Source: Phoronis australis (lineage: Eukaryota; Animalia; Phoronida). From it: DNA of 64,000 nucleotides. The translations under genes were made by a program, and so were the position numbers. The stretch lies in assembly GCA_002633005.1 (NCBI GenBank), contig NMRA01000017.1:12463-76462 (forward strand). Reading direction: 5' to 3'. Within the stretch, counting starts at the first letter, position 1. Each line of letters begins with the position of its first letter. Under the pieces are notes generated by a model, which worked only from the letters and a program-made list of their open reading frames with translations, was not told where the DNA came from and did no database searches. This document shows positions 12,140-23,837 of the stretch, piece by piece.

Positions 12140-13102
12140 AGTGTATGCAACATGACTCTAGTACCTCAAAATAAATTTTATTATTATATCTTACTTGATT
12201 TCAGTGCCTTTAGTGAACAGCTCATAAAGAAACACGTAAAAATTGAAAAAATACTAATTATGTACAACGTCATGGGTTGAACCCAAGTCGTTCGGCACAC
12301 TGTTCGGATCAGCAACTAAGTGTATAGAGTGAAGTGAAAGTAAAGTATATTTAGCGTCCAGAAGGTTCGTAGAGGGATGAAAAGATGTGTTTGCGGAGGC
12401 TACAGCAACAGCAGTCAGACGGAGAACGTCTCGGTGTTCCGAAGGATGCCAAAGTTACGCAGTAGTGGCATCGCTTCGTGCGCCGAACGAGAGTGTGGGA
12501 CCTCAGCGTGGACCAAGCGATTCTGTCCGGGGCCACTCTGTGTTCTGCCCACTTTGAGGAGTCGTGTTTCGACTCCAATCAGAGGAGATGTTACGATGAA
12601 GGCCTGGTTCAATAAAGGACAATATTTACCATTCAGAAACATCGGCTCTTTATTCAGGATCGTCTGTTGGATGACTGGGTTGACTGGCCGAGCCCGAGGC
12701 CGCTTCTCTAGCGGGAGGATCCAGTTCGTAAGGCCTCAAAGTAGAAAAGTACGCAGCTGAAAACATATCAAACTCGTTCTCGCTTTCGTGCAACCCCATT
12801 TCGTCATCCTGGCCACCATTCTCGTACGTTTCTTCATAGTATTTGTTCATTTCTTGCTCATAATCGTTGTCACTTTCAAATTCCCTACTCTCCGCCGTTG
12901 TTCAATGCTAGTCGCTGATCTCTTGTGTTCAACCCATGATGTCACATGGCGGGAAATGTGAAAATTGGCAAAATTGAAAGAGAAATCAAAATTTCGAGCT
13001 AATGACACAAAATAATCTTGGATTTGGCTAAATTTCACGTCATACATTTAGTCTGTGGCCACCGGTAATTCGAAACGTGCAAAAATCCATGGTGTGTACT
13101 GT
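12140..13102 (+). mobile_element. Internally deleted Kolobok-like DNA transposon with a degenerate THAP domain (+) and a convergent KolX/P2X7-tail-like N-terminus (-)
   Basis: TTAA at 12136-12139 and 13103-13106; imperfect 15-bp TIR; with one frameshift and stops, 12377-12640 reads MKRCVCGGYSN...F(P)KD...WHRFVRRTR...LCSAHFEESCF (THAP); minus ORF 12650-12850 has an acidic stretch then RPYELDP. Confidence 0.7.
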
Positions 13103-14314
13103 TTAATGTGACATCCAAGTCTTAAGCAGACGGAACTTCATGACAACCTTTGGAAATGAGGTGTAAATGTAAAAGAGGAAACGGTATGCAACGAAAATAT
13201 TTTGGCATAACTGCTTTTGGGAATGGACGACGTAGAATGGCGGCAAAAATAAATTTGCATTTTAATGGCTTAGTTCCGCCTTTTTAGTAGACCATCCAAC
13301 TAGTGCAACTTAGGACTAGTGCGCGTTTGCAGTTGGGCACCATCGGAATAGCGCACTTTCGTACTCTAGTGAGCTGCTCCCGATCAGCCTTATCTTTGTT
13401 TTGACTATGAACTTTCCTGGATGGATAAAGACTTACAAGACGTTGTATTTTTCCTTTTCTTCATGGGCGCTTTGTGAACCATGAAAACTAAGGCAAACCA
13501 GCAAAATTCATGTTCGGCAGAGATTTTTTAAATGATTTTTCAAAATACCGAGGGAGAGAAAATAATGCAAAATTGTCACTGTGGTTTGCACTCTAAAATA
13601 TCGCACGTGCACTTCATACCAGACAAATCGCCACCCTTACAAACCAACTCGTGTTAGTTCAAAAGAATCGCAACATGAAACCGACCCTGTCGCAACAAAA
13701 TGGTCAGATTGTGTACGAAAACAGGCCAATGGGAAAATGTCAAAGGAGACCGATTATGTAGCCAGTCAGCCGTATTTTAGGAAAGAAGGCAGGCATATTT
13801 TCCGAAACAGTCAAACATTTTATGTGTTTTTCTAAACACATTTAAATTAGTGAATTTTTAAAAGAAACACGTTCTTTTTAATGTATGTAATTGTATCTCA
13901 CTGGTAAGAATTTTATTCTTCCATACTTATTTCTGATTAGGCAAACACAGTTTGTTAGAATTGTCCTTCATAATATTAGTTCCCAGCAAAATCAACAAAT
14001 ATCTCGATAAATGATAGTCATTTGAGTGAAATCGCGAGACCCGAAATATAATGCCTCGCCAAAATAAATCTTTACTTCAAAACACATTACATACGCATGA
14101 TAAAACGAGTCCGTCCGATTTTCAAGACATGCTAACCGTACCGAAAATACGGACATGGTTGTTCTTTTTTTGAATTTTTCCGAAAATACGCCAATGGACG
14201 TACTTGCTTTGGGGTGAGTCTATATTTTCGGAAATTTCTGGTTGTTGGCATTTGACGTGTACAATTGGTGACGTCGAACTATTCGTGACGTATTCACTTT
14301 ACAAATTCTGTAAA

Positions 14315-16729
14315 ATGAAGCCGGGAATGGCTCACAGTGTCATTCGAAACTTTATAAAAGTTACAATATTATGGTTTATCCACTTTATTTTGCGAATTAT
14401 GCTGAGAACAACAGAGAAACTTTACTCTGTTACGAGGAAATTCCCGCGCATTGTGTCTTTTGTCAACAAAGACGCCTCTGGAACCACGGCAGTGAATAAC
14501 GAGTGGTCAGAAGACACGTCTGACGCGTCCAAAACTGTTCACAAAGCAGAAGCTGACAATAAATTAATGGAATCTTATGTCAGGTGTGTAACAGATTTGT
14601 GTTGTCTTCTTGTGATAGCATCACGCCGCAAAAAGGCAAACACTGTCCGAAAATCAACGGACCTCACTGGGCATGTCACCGAGTGTGAAGTCGTGTGCGA
14701 AGTTGGAAACTCGACAAGCATTTACGAAGAAGACGCAAAATGTGAAAGAAACACTTCGGAGGAAGTGTCCCGCGATTCCACAGAGAACGACGAGAAGGTA
14801 AAACAGAATGTCCATGAAAATACGGATCTAACAAATGAACAGAAAGATCCTACTGATGACCCTGGTGTTGAAGGGAGAGAAGTCATGCAATTGAACGGTA
14901 GAAACAAATCGGGCGACGTCGAAGATGTTCAACAGGAAGTCATTCAGCCGTCAAGTACCACTGGGTTTGCTGATGAGGCTTATAGTGAGAAAAAAGTATT
15001 GAAATCCGAAAGCAAACCCGTTCAAAATGACGACTTAGAAGACGCCACACTGTCTGATTTTACTAAGACAACTGAGTCTACAGTTTCGAAGGAAGTGTGC
15101 CCCATTTCTACAAAGAAAGATGGGATGTGGAACACTAATGACCATCAAAAGACGGACCTTCCAAATTCAACAAAAGCGCCAATTGGTAACCCTGATGGTA
15201 GAGGGGGAGAAATCAAGAAACTGGATGACAGAAACAAACCGATTGACGTTGCCAATGTTCGAAAGGCAGTCATGCAACCGCCAGATATCGCTTGTTTCCC
15301 TGATGGTATGAAGAAAGTCTTGAAATCTAAAAGTAAAAGCGTTGAAGGTCACCACTTTGAAGACGCCACCAAGTCTAGAGTTTCTGAGGAAGTTTACCAC
15401 ATTTCCACAGACAAGGATGAATGGCTGAAGAAAAATGTCCATGGAAATACTGAGCTGCCAGAGTTACTGGCAAGTCAAATCCCTATTATTGCACCCGAGG
15501 AATAAAATTGCATTGAAATACGAAATACTGAGGAAATTCCTGCTGACGCCGAAGATTGTGATATCCATGGGTTACCCTACGGTGCAATTTTTTTCTCTAT
15601 TGAAATAGCTGCTTCAGATATCATCTGCAGAAGCTCTACATGTATGACTGATACTGGAGAGAAAGAAGCCGGTAAACTGGAATGCATAAACAAGCCAGGC
15701 TACGTTGAAGATGTTCGACAGGAAATCATACACTCGTCAAGTATTGTTGATTTCGCTGACAATGATGATAGTAAGGAGAAAGTCCTGAAATCTGAAAGTA
15801 TATCCGTTGGAAGTCGTCACTTGGACGACATCACACTGATAGATTTCAGTGATTCGACCGAGCCTACAATTTCCTCTGCGATTGGGGAAACTTTTACACA
15901 GGACTCACTACGATCCGTACCTGAGACTCTGTGCAGCAAATCTGGCAGCGTCGAAGGTAAAAGCCCAGAAGATGCAAATTTGCACAGCTTCGCTAAGTTG
16001 CCCCAAGATACCATTTCTTCTCGTACTGTAAATCTTTTAAAGTACACGTTAATAGATGAAACTGTTGAGAAGGACAAAATAAAATTTCAGAGCAGTGGTC
16101 TGCCCAGCAAGCGTGAAGACATGCCACTGGCACTGGACGATGTTAAACCTTCTAGTGTCACTACCTGGCCTCACAGTCACATTTCGTTTGTGACGTTGCA
16201 TTTTCAAACGAATATTGATATGTCCGTAATCACTAATGATGAAAATAATACCACATACCTTCAAGCTAAGAACGAGCCAGGGGAGGTTGATGATGTTCGC
16301 GTAGAGGACCGCAGACCTTTTGCAACGTTGCCTCAGTATGATTTTTGTTTTGCTGGTGGGGATTATTCAAAGGACACTGAATACAACGGTAAAAGTAAAA
16401 CAAGATTGCAAATTAGCAACAAGCCATACATAATTGATGGCATTTCTTCAGAAGACGACAAGACGTTTGTAGATGTGCCTTTAGATGCCGTTTCTTGTGA
16501 TTCAGAGGACATTCACAGAATTATCGGTGATTTTACGGATAAATCAAGTATTGTAAAACACGAAGGACTTTTCAAGCGTTTGAAATCACGATTCAGACGG
16601 AATCATCACGTGGTCAAGGTCTGTGCTGCTTCCTCTTTGCAGGCGCAAAGTTTCGCCTCACGATGGCGGCATTTGATGTGTTGTAGTGCTTGTGAAGACG
16701 AGAGAACCTATGCCAGATTACACGACTGA
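14315..16729 (+). pseudogene. Intronless ~804-codon orphan ORF (acidic, ~100-aa internal repeats) interrupted by a single in-frame TAA at 15503-15505; nested antisense in intron 2 of gene A
   Basis: ORFs 14204..15505 and 15644..16729 are in the same frame and 15506-15643 has no stop; the repeat motif NKxGxVEDVxQExIxxS...KVLKSESxxV...EDAT occurs on both sides of the stop. Confidence 0.7.
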
Positions 16730-17905
16730 CGGACAGAAGTATAAGCTCAATCTTGAGCGCCTTTTTAACACTTTTAACGTTTTTTATCATAAAATACGCT
16801 GTACATCGTTGTATGTTTCGGAATCATAAAGTCTCTGTGCTATGGACACATATTGAATGTAAATTGCACGAGAACAGGCAAAATAAATGAAAGTGCAGCT
16901 GCAATATTTATTTTAAGTGTGCTTAAGCTGAAAGTACGCTGTGTACTCTGTAACGCATATACTGTCAGTGTAATTAGACACTTCTCTTTTGCCGTCTATC
17001 TAGACTGACACCACGAGACAGGTTACACAGCCATCTAGACATTGCATGTCCAGATGAAAACTGACCAGTAGGCAGACTGTTCGAGGTTTCGATTCAATAA
17101 AAAGTCTGCCAAAATTGTTCGTTGTTAGAGGCATGTATAACGCAATCTCGTCGTTATATAGCGTAGCCAGCACACTAACTCGGGGCAGCTGGAATATCCA
17201 ATCGCGTCAAAATTCCGAAATTTCGATTAAAGCATGTTCATTAAAGACCCGGATTTAACTATCGTGTTTACTTATTGTCCACACAGCCTTTGCCGAGAAT
17301 AATCTTTTCAAATCGTCGATAATAACGAGCCCAGTTTCATTCCCAAAGTCTCTAATACATGGGCGGCGCACCATAGGGGCCTGGGGGGCTAAAGCCCCCC
17401 ACTTTTTTCAGTGCTACGCCGTACATGATCTATAGGTCACAGGGGGGCTGAGGGGGCTTCAGCCCCTTCCCTCCCCCCCCCCCCACACACACACTTTTTG
17501 CAGTGCTACGCCGCACATGCCCTCTCGAACACCTGTTTGCCCTCGACAACAGTTCTACTTCTCCCCTCTGGCCTTGGTTGTTTTACTTCATATAAATAGG
17601 GGGGGCTCATCACCATGTCCCCTGCTTCCTGCAGGCAGGTAATGATAACCGAGGTTGTCAAACCATGCATCGTACAAATAAAGAGACTCTCGGCCATGGG
17701 CCACTCGTCGTCTTCAAAATGCCCTTACAACCCAACGTTCACTTTCGAGTGAAATTTGAGGCTACGAAAATACCAGAGCTGTTCTCAATGCCCCTTGGTA
17801 TAAACGACACAGCGATGAGGTCTTGAACGTTAGGTCAGAACTTGATGATTGTTACTTTGTCAAATTTGCCAAATAGCATCCTCAGCTGTACCAGATCAGC
17901 AGGCG

Positions 17906-18508
17906 NNNNNNNNNNNNNNNNNNNNNNNNNNNNNNNNNNNNNNNNNNNNNNNNNNNNNNNNNNNNNNNNNNNNNNNNNNNNNNNNNNNNNNNNNNNNNNN
18001 NNNNNNNNNNNNNNNNNNNNNNNNNNNNNNNNNNNNNNNNNNNNNNNNNNNNNNNNNNNNNNNNNNNNNNNNNNNNNNNNNNNNNNNNNNNNNNNNNNNN
18101 NNNNNNNNNNNNNNNNNNNNNNNNNNNNNNNNNNNNNNNNNNNNNNNNNNNNNNNNNNNNNNNNNNNNNNNNNNNNNNNNNNNNNNNNNNNNNNNNNNNN
18201 NNNNNNNNNNNNNNNNNNNNNNNNNNNNNNNNNNNNNNNNNNNNNNNNNNNNNNNNNNNNNNNNNNNNNNNNNNNNNNNNNNNNNNNNNNNNNNNNNNNN
18301 NNNNNNNNNNNNNNNNNNNNNNNNNNNNNNNNNNNNNNNNNNNNNNNNNNNNNNNNNNNNNNNNNNNNNNNNNNNNNNNNNNNNNNNNNNNNNNNNNNNN
18401 NNNNNNNNNNNNNNNNNNNNNNNNNNNNNNNNNNNNNNNNNNNNNNNNNNNNNNNNNNNNNNNNNNNNNNNNNNNNNNNNNNNNNNNNNNNNNNNNNNNN
18501 NNNNNNNN
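17906..18508. other. Assembly gap (603 N)
   Basis: Run of N. Confidence 1.
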
Positions 18509-20104
18509 TTTGTTTTGCTGGTGGGGATTATTCAATGGACACTGAATACAACGGTAAAAGTAAAACAAGATTGCAAATTAGCAACAAGCCATACATAATT
18601 GATGGCATTTCTTCAGAAGACGACAAGACGTTTGTAGATGTGCCTCTAGATGCCGTTTCTTCTGATTCAGAGGACATTCACAGAATTATCGGTGATTTTA
18701 CGGATAAATCAAGTATTGTAAAACACGAAGGACTTTTCAAGCGTTTGAAATCACGATTCAGACGGAATCGTCACGTGGTCAAGGTCTGTGCTGCTTCCTC
18801 TTTGCAGGCGCAAAGTTTCGCCTCACGATGGCGGCATTTGATGTGTTGTAGTGCTTGTGAAGACGAGAAAACCTATGCCAGATTACACGACTGACGGACA
18901 GAAGCATCAGCTCAATCTTGAGCGCCTTTTTAACACTTTTAACGTTTTTTATCATAAATACGCTGTACATCGTTGTATGTTTCGGAATCATAAAGTCTCT
19001 GCTATGGACACATATTGAATGTAAATTGCACGAGAACAGGCAAAATAAATGAAAGTGCAGCTGCAATGTTTATTTTAAGTGTGCTTAAGCTGAAAGTACG
19101 CTGAGTACTCTGTAACGCATATACATGTACTGTCAGTGTAATCAGACACTTCTCTTTTGCCGTCTATCTAGACTGACACCACGAGACAGGTTACACAGCC
19201 ATCTAGACATTGCATGTCCAGATGAAAACTGACCAGTAGGCAGACTGTTCGAGGTTTCGTTTCAATAAAAAGTCTGTCAAATTGTTCGTTGTTAGAGGCA
19301 TGTATAACGCAATCTCGTCGTTATATAGCGTAGTAGCCAGCACACTAACTCGGGGCAGCTGGAATATCCAATCGCGTCAAAATTCCGAAATTTCGATTAA
19401 AGCATATTCATTAAAGACCCGAATTTAACTATCGTGTTTACTTATTGTTCACACAGCCTTTGCCGAGAATAATCTTCAAATCGTCGATAATAGCAAGCAC
19501 AGTTTCATTCCCAAAGTCCCTAATACATGGGCGGCGCACTATAGGGGCCTGGGGGGCTAAAGCCCCCCACTTTTTTCAGTGCTACGCCGTACATGATCTA
19601 TAGGTCACAGGGGGGCTGAGGGGCTTTAGCCCCTCCCCCNNNNNNNNNNNNNNNNNNNNNNNNNNNNNNNNNNNNNCCCCCCCCCCCCCCCACTTTTTTC
19701 AGTGCTACGCCGCACATGCCCTCTCGAACACCTGTTTGCCCTCGACAACAGTTCTACTTCTCCCCTCTGGCCTTGGTTGTTTTACTTCATATAAATAGGG
19801 GGCGCTCATCACCATGTCCCCTGCTTCCTGCAGGCAGGTAATGATAACCGAGGATGTCAAACCATGCATCGTACAAATAAAGAGACTCTCGGCCATGGGA
19901 CGCTCGTCGTCTTCAAAATGCCCTTACAACCTAACGTTCACTTTCGAGGGAAATTTGAGGCTACGAAAATACCAGAGCTGTTCTCAGTGCCCCTTGGTAT
20001 AAACGACACAGCGATGAGGTCTTGAACGTTAGGTCAGAACTTGAAGATTGTTACTTTGTCAAGTTTGCCAAATAGCATCCTCAGCTGTACCAGATCAGCA
20101 GGCG
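18509..20104 (+). repeat. Near-identical second copy of 16344-17905 (3' end of the orphan ORF plus flank); probably an uncollapsed haplotype
   Basis: Colinear with scattered SNPs and indels; the copies end and begin exactly at the gap edges. Confidence 0.9.
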
Positions 20105-20218
20105 AGTATACATGCATCGGACGATTAATTCGAGCATGGGAATTGGTGTCTTGGCAGAGGGCGCTGCGAGCAGTACAGTGGTATAAGCGGAAGCCTTTCA
20201 TTGCCGAGGTGTGCGACG

Positions 20219-20380
20219 CAGTGGCAGATTTAGAGGGGGGGGCAAGATGGCCATGGCCCCCTAAAATTCTACCAGATTACATTTGGCAGTTCGGGAGTGT
20301 GAATGTGACGGGCAAAATCCTGGATATTACTCTGACCTGCCCCCTCCCCGCCCTAACTCAAAATCCTGGATCCGCCTCTG
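20219..20380 (+). mobile_element. hAT-like GC-rich MITE
   Basis: CAGTGGCAGATTTAG / CTGGATCCGCCTCTG termini; GACG on both sides. Confidence 0.75.
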
Positions 20381-20384
20381 GACG

Positions 20385-21070
20385 AGCTATGTTGCAGAGT
20401 AAAACAAGATGAGGGTTGTAGAATATTGTCGTTTATTATGACGTAAGTAGTAAAGTAATAAAGAAGACTCTGCAAGATGGGCATAGAAAAAAACACCACC
20501 GGTGTGTATGTAGAAGTGTACTTAAGAGTGTAAGAAAAACAAAAGGAATTAAGAAAAGCCTGAAGGGCCTAACAGAAAATGTAAACTAAGAAAAATAATA
20601 AGCTCACTAAAGTCTGAAGGACCTCATAGTATATGTAAAATAAGAAAAAAACTCACACCCAGGATGGAAGGTGGGAAAAAGCTTACGGGATCTTGTAGAC
20701 AACGGGATAGGTGGCTGAATGAACTAGACCACGCTATACTGAACAAAGGAAACATGAGTGACCGACAGGTGTAGAGCAGAGAATTGTATGAATACGGAAG
20801 TCGAACCCGGAGGATATAAATAGAAATAAGTAATTTAAAATAAACTCTCAGGGTGGCTATAAAAATAAAAATGAAAAATGTTAAAGTAATGACGATGAAT
20901 TCATTTAACAAGTTAAGTATCGTTTAAACTAATCTATTTTGCCCGTAGTTTGCGATAAGCTATATTGCAGAGTAAAACAAGAGGAAGGTTGTCGAATAAT
21001 GTCATTTATTAAGACGTAATTAGGAATAAATGAAGAAGTCTCTGCAAGATGGGCATAGAAAAAACGCCAT
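20385..21070. repeat. ~115-bp diverged direct repeat pair (20385-20498 and 20957-21070) enclosing ~460 bp
   Basis: AGCTAT.TTGCAGAGTAAAACAAGA...CTCTGCAAGATGGGCATAGAAAAAAC occurs twice. Confidence 0.8.
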
Positions 21071-21395
21071 GATGGCAGTATGGGAATACTGACATGGCCC
21101 ATCCGTGGAAGTGTAACCCGGGAAATAACAAATGAAGATTTTGTCTACATAAACATATACAAGGAATGCGGTGTCCCTACCAAAAGGTTCTGCTGTCGTG
21201 GCAGGTCACATGAGGGCGCTGGAAGGAGTAAAGCGGAATAAGTGGTAGTCTTTAAAGGGCCCCTGTTGTATGTGCCAAAGGTTAACCAATGTTGGCTGAG
21301 TAGTTTATGTTTTATTCAGTCACCTCGGCGTACAGTGAAGTGATTGAAATAGTCCATGTGCGTTTGCTGTCATTTCATATATTTTTAAGACTTAC

Positions 21396-21420
21396 CTTTC
21401 AAGGAAAAGACTCTGGTTAC
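21396..21420 (-). CDS. Gene A exon 2: 25-nt micro-exon spanning the predicted signal peptide cleavage site
   Basis: ttttttcAG / GTAAGT, phase 0-1; VTRVFSLK; same length and phase as gene B 42088-42112. Confidence 0.75.
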
Positions 21421-22649
21421 CTGAAAAAACACGTTATAAGTCAACCGCAATCACATCTCTTCTATACGTTCAAAGTGTAGATTGCGTGGAAGTATAGATT
21501 ATACACAACAGATTTGCAACTCCGACATTTTCTTGCGTACTATCCTAGAGGAGACGCCACTCTCCTAAATTGTCTATTTCAGTTTCCGGTTAGTGTATTG
21601 TGACGGGAAATTCTCGTATCTATTTTGCTGTCTAGTACATCGAAAAAAAATTATTTCGGCATTTAAACGCTATTCAAAGTTTTCCAATGGTAGAACTGTT
21701 GGTATCGTGAGTACTTTTGGCAATGCTACTACCGACCACACAATAGCCGACGCCATGATTAGCAGACGACGTTCTTGCCGGAAATAAAACTAGCTAATTT
21801 GGCCAGCCTCCCGTTCAGTAACGCTAAAACTTTGCTAAAAAGCAAGACTTCGCGAGATTACTTGAGATATTGCCGTGTATTTTAAATGAAATCACGTGAC
21901 TTTGGTTAGATTTTAGGTAGGTCTTAGCGTTATTGAACGCACGCCAGGTTTCGCTAATGAATAATGACGTCACGGCGTGTGCGTAAGACCACAGATTTTG
22001 TCCATAGAAAGTACAGTGTATACGGAGTTGGCGGTCTTTGTACCATAGTCTATTGTGTAAGTAAATAGTTCGGGGTACTACTGTTCATGGTCGGAACTCA
22101 TACGCATGATAGGGGCATGTGCATAATTATGGCTCTGCAAGCGCATAAATACGAGCATGTACATGTAAAATAGATTTCATCCAGGCGTAGTACGGGCAAC
22201 TTTAAGTCATGTATTTTGCGCAGCTTCGGCAAGTCAAAACTGAAGATTGGAGTGGCTTAATATACACACAGTTCGGGCCTTTGTAACTCTCCCAGAGGTG
22301 GAAAAATACGGTGGGTCAGGTTTGATGGCAGTTGTGACGACTAAATGGAGAGTGACTGCCGGGAATGGCATTACAAGTTCCTCGAAGTTGTTTTGAGATA
22401 AAAAGAGCCTATTCATCTGAACTGCTCTATTTTTCCAGCATTTGGAAATGCTGCCATTTTGAAACCACTTCCTCTGGCTTGATCCCGCCGAATTTTTTGC
22501 TGCAATACCAATTGCTTGTTTTTTTACATAGTTTATGACTTTTTAGCGAGGTCCTAGCTTAGGTTCTAGCGTTACTGAACTCTACCCTGGTCTACGCTTA
22601 GAGATGCGCACGCATTTATTTCCACTGCCCGTGATAAGCCGGTTAATCG

Positions 22650-23153
22650 TGGCCAAATTTGAAACATCTTATCTCAGAAATGGCTGATCGGTCGTTCTCA
22701 TGAAACTTTCAGATAGAATGCTTTATACACTGTTAGCAAAAAGCCTGTTAAGGAGTGTTTTTAAAATGTCCCAGTTTGCTCGAGAGGGTATCAAAATAAA
22801 GTCTCCTAAGTTTTTAATGAAAACATTTAAAGTTGCATGAAACGAAAAGATAACCATAATTTAAAAAAGTATTATCTATAACAGCGATTTTAAGATCAAG
22901 TTTATCTTGAACATTTCAGATATACGATACTTGCTCTTGTTATTGGTGCTGTTGTTTTGATATGAATGTACTATTCTTTTTTGCTAAAAAGGCAAGTCAT
23001 GTGACCTAATTAGTGTTAGATTAGTACATAGTCAAAAATCAAATTCTACGAAATTTCTACTTTTTGAAAATGTGTACTTTTGCCGAGTTAAATTTATATT
23101 TTGTAGGTGTTAGGCTAATTGTACCGACTTGTGGATAAAGTCCTACATAACCT
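22650..23153 (+). mobile_element. Kolobok-type non-autonomous family copy
   Basis: Shared core plus the 3' end GTCCTACATAACC followed by TTAA. Confidence 0.65.
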
Positions 23154-23774
23154 TAAATTAATGTCTAAAACACGGGGCTAGTTTATGTCACACCTATAAA
23201 AAGTTTCCTGTGTAGTTTGTGAGAAAACAGTCCACCGCTCACCAGTTACAGATAAAATAATTATTTCATAGTCCCGTGTTTCACCTTAAGCAGCAAATGG
23301 AAATGATTTCATTTGTTTATTTAAGTGCAAAAACTAGCTTAACACGAAAGATTTTCTACTGACATGAACATTCTCAAAGTAATACATGTTGAATTAGTCA
23401 GCATATTGCCTATGAGACAAGATCAGCCAGTCTCCTGACATACATTAACTTTATATCTACATGAAGATGAGATACGACCTGTCTCGAAATGATACCCGCA
23501 TCCTGTAGTTGGTAACATTTCTTAATTTTATTTTGACATGAAGACTAGACATGATTTGCCTGGAAATGTAACTTTGCCTTCATGCACTCTGTTGCATTTG
23601 TATATTTCGCTGCACATTGAAGATCAATGATCATCCATCGAATTTGAGTGAATCGGGGTTGTTGCAAGTCAATTGACAACCATGTATTGTCTTGTATGAG
23701 CTATGAATTTACTACTTCATGTAGAACACTATTTGTTCCTTTATTTTGGTATCTTTAATATACGTTGAACTTAC

Positions 23775-23837
23775 CATTACAGTTAAGAGCACTGTGAAAC
23801 AAGTTATGACTAGCTTCTTTTGACTACAACGCTCCAT
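23775..23837 (-). CDS. Gene A first coding exon: signal peptide MERCSQKKLVITCFTVLLTVM
   Basis: tttcAG acceptor 4 nt before the ATG; ATG|GTAAGT donor, phase 0; hydrophobic core. A candidate 5' UTR exon donor (CAG|GTGAGT) lies at 24632. Confidence 0.75.

Noticed and set aside
14204-14314. TTG start for the nested ORF given by the ORF track
   Set aside because: Eukaryotic context; the first in-frame ATG is at 14315
17842-18598. ORFs of 228-350 aa
   Set aside because: They run through the N gap and are artefacts
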